This document shows, in pieces, positions 63,707 to 64,000 of a stretch of 64,000 nucleotides of DNA (positions are counted from its first letter, which is position 1; the number at the start of each line of letters is the position of its first letter). The notes beneath the pieces were generated by a model, which was not told the DNA's origin, did no database searches, and saw only the letters and a list, made by a program, of their open reading frames with translations. The stretch is from Rebecca billardiae RCC1528 (Eukaryota; Protista; Haptophyta): the NCBI GenBank assembly GCA_965240325.2, contig OZ251224.1, forward strand, positions 310,001 to 374,000. Reading direction: 5' to 3'. A program made the position numbers and the translations under genes.

Positions 63707-64000
63707 ATGCTGCTGGCCACTCCGCGCCCCAGGATGTGGCTGCTCACGGTCGCCGTGACGCGGCGCCTGTGCAGCGCTGCGGTCAGAATCGACGTGGGCG
63801 TCGCCAGCCTGCCCGACCCGAGCAAGAAGAAGGGCGAGGACGCCCATCTCGTCTCGCAGCAGCGGCAGGTGACGATCGCGGGCGTCTTCGACGGCGTGGG
63901 AGGGTGGGCGCAGTACGGCGTCGACCCGAGCCGGTACTCGAATCAGCTCGCAAATCTGGTCGAGCTGGAGCTCACGGGACAGGTGGAGAGCACCGGCTCC
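63707..64000 (+). CDS. PTC7/PPTC7-type PP2C phosphatase, 5' part (runs off the window)
   Basis: Translated by eye: MLLATPRPR...LPDPSKKKGEDAH...AGVFDGVGGWAQYGVDPSRYS. Confidence 0.85.
   Translation, partial: MLLATPRPRMWLLTVAVTRRLCSAAVRIDVGVASLPDPSKKKGEDAHLVSQQRQVTIAGVFDGVGGWAQYGVDPSRYSNQLANLVELELTGQVESTGS

Overview
Gene-dense, very GC-rich eukaryotic nuclear DNA with short GC-rich GT-AG introns (GTGCGC...GCGCAG). The composition suggests a haptophyte alga such as Pavlovales; this is inference only. Host genes: a double-homeodomain-like poly-Q protein, two tandem small SET proteins, a LOG2/MGRN1-type RING E3, tepsin/MTV1, an intronless WD40-kinase-RING/IBR fusion, DUF1995, DA1-like, NOP58, NSUN5, a TPR protein, FYVE-SYLF, Ero1, bL33, PTEN, an EF-hand-MAPK fusion and the start of a PTC7-type PP2C. 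Mobile DNA: (i) an intact, young Ty1/copia element with a MYND-like finger in Gag and a degenerate integrase HHCC; (ii) four non-autonomous cargo-carrying elements of two subfamilies sharing a co-varying end architecture (terminal 11-nt repeat, subterminal inverted copy, conserved spacer, GNA-triloop hairpin), most like Helitron2/Helentron; (iii) nested foldback elements with ~400-bp TIRs, CAAGGG ends and a 7-bp TSD (P/Galileo-like); (iv) three (TA)n-flanked RLE-type LINE remnants sharing a CCACGTCGTTAA 3' tail; (v) two MITEs; (vi) an orphan two-gene cassette whose stops are followed by hairpins. No rRNA, tRNA or CRISPR array was recognised.
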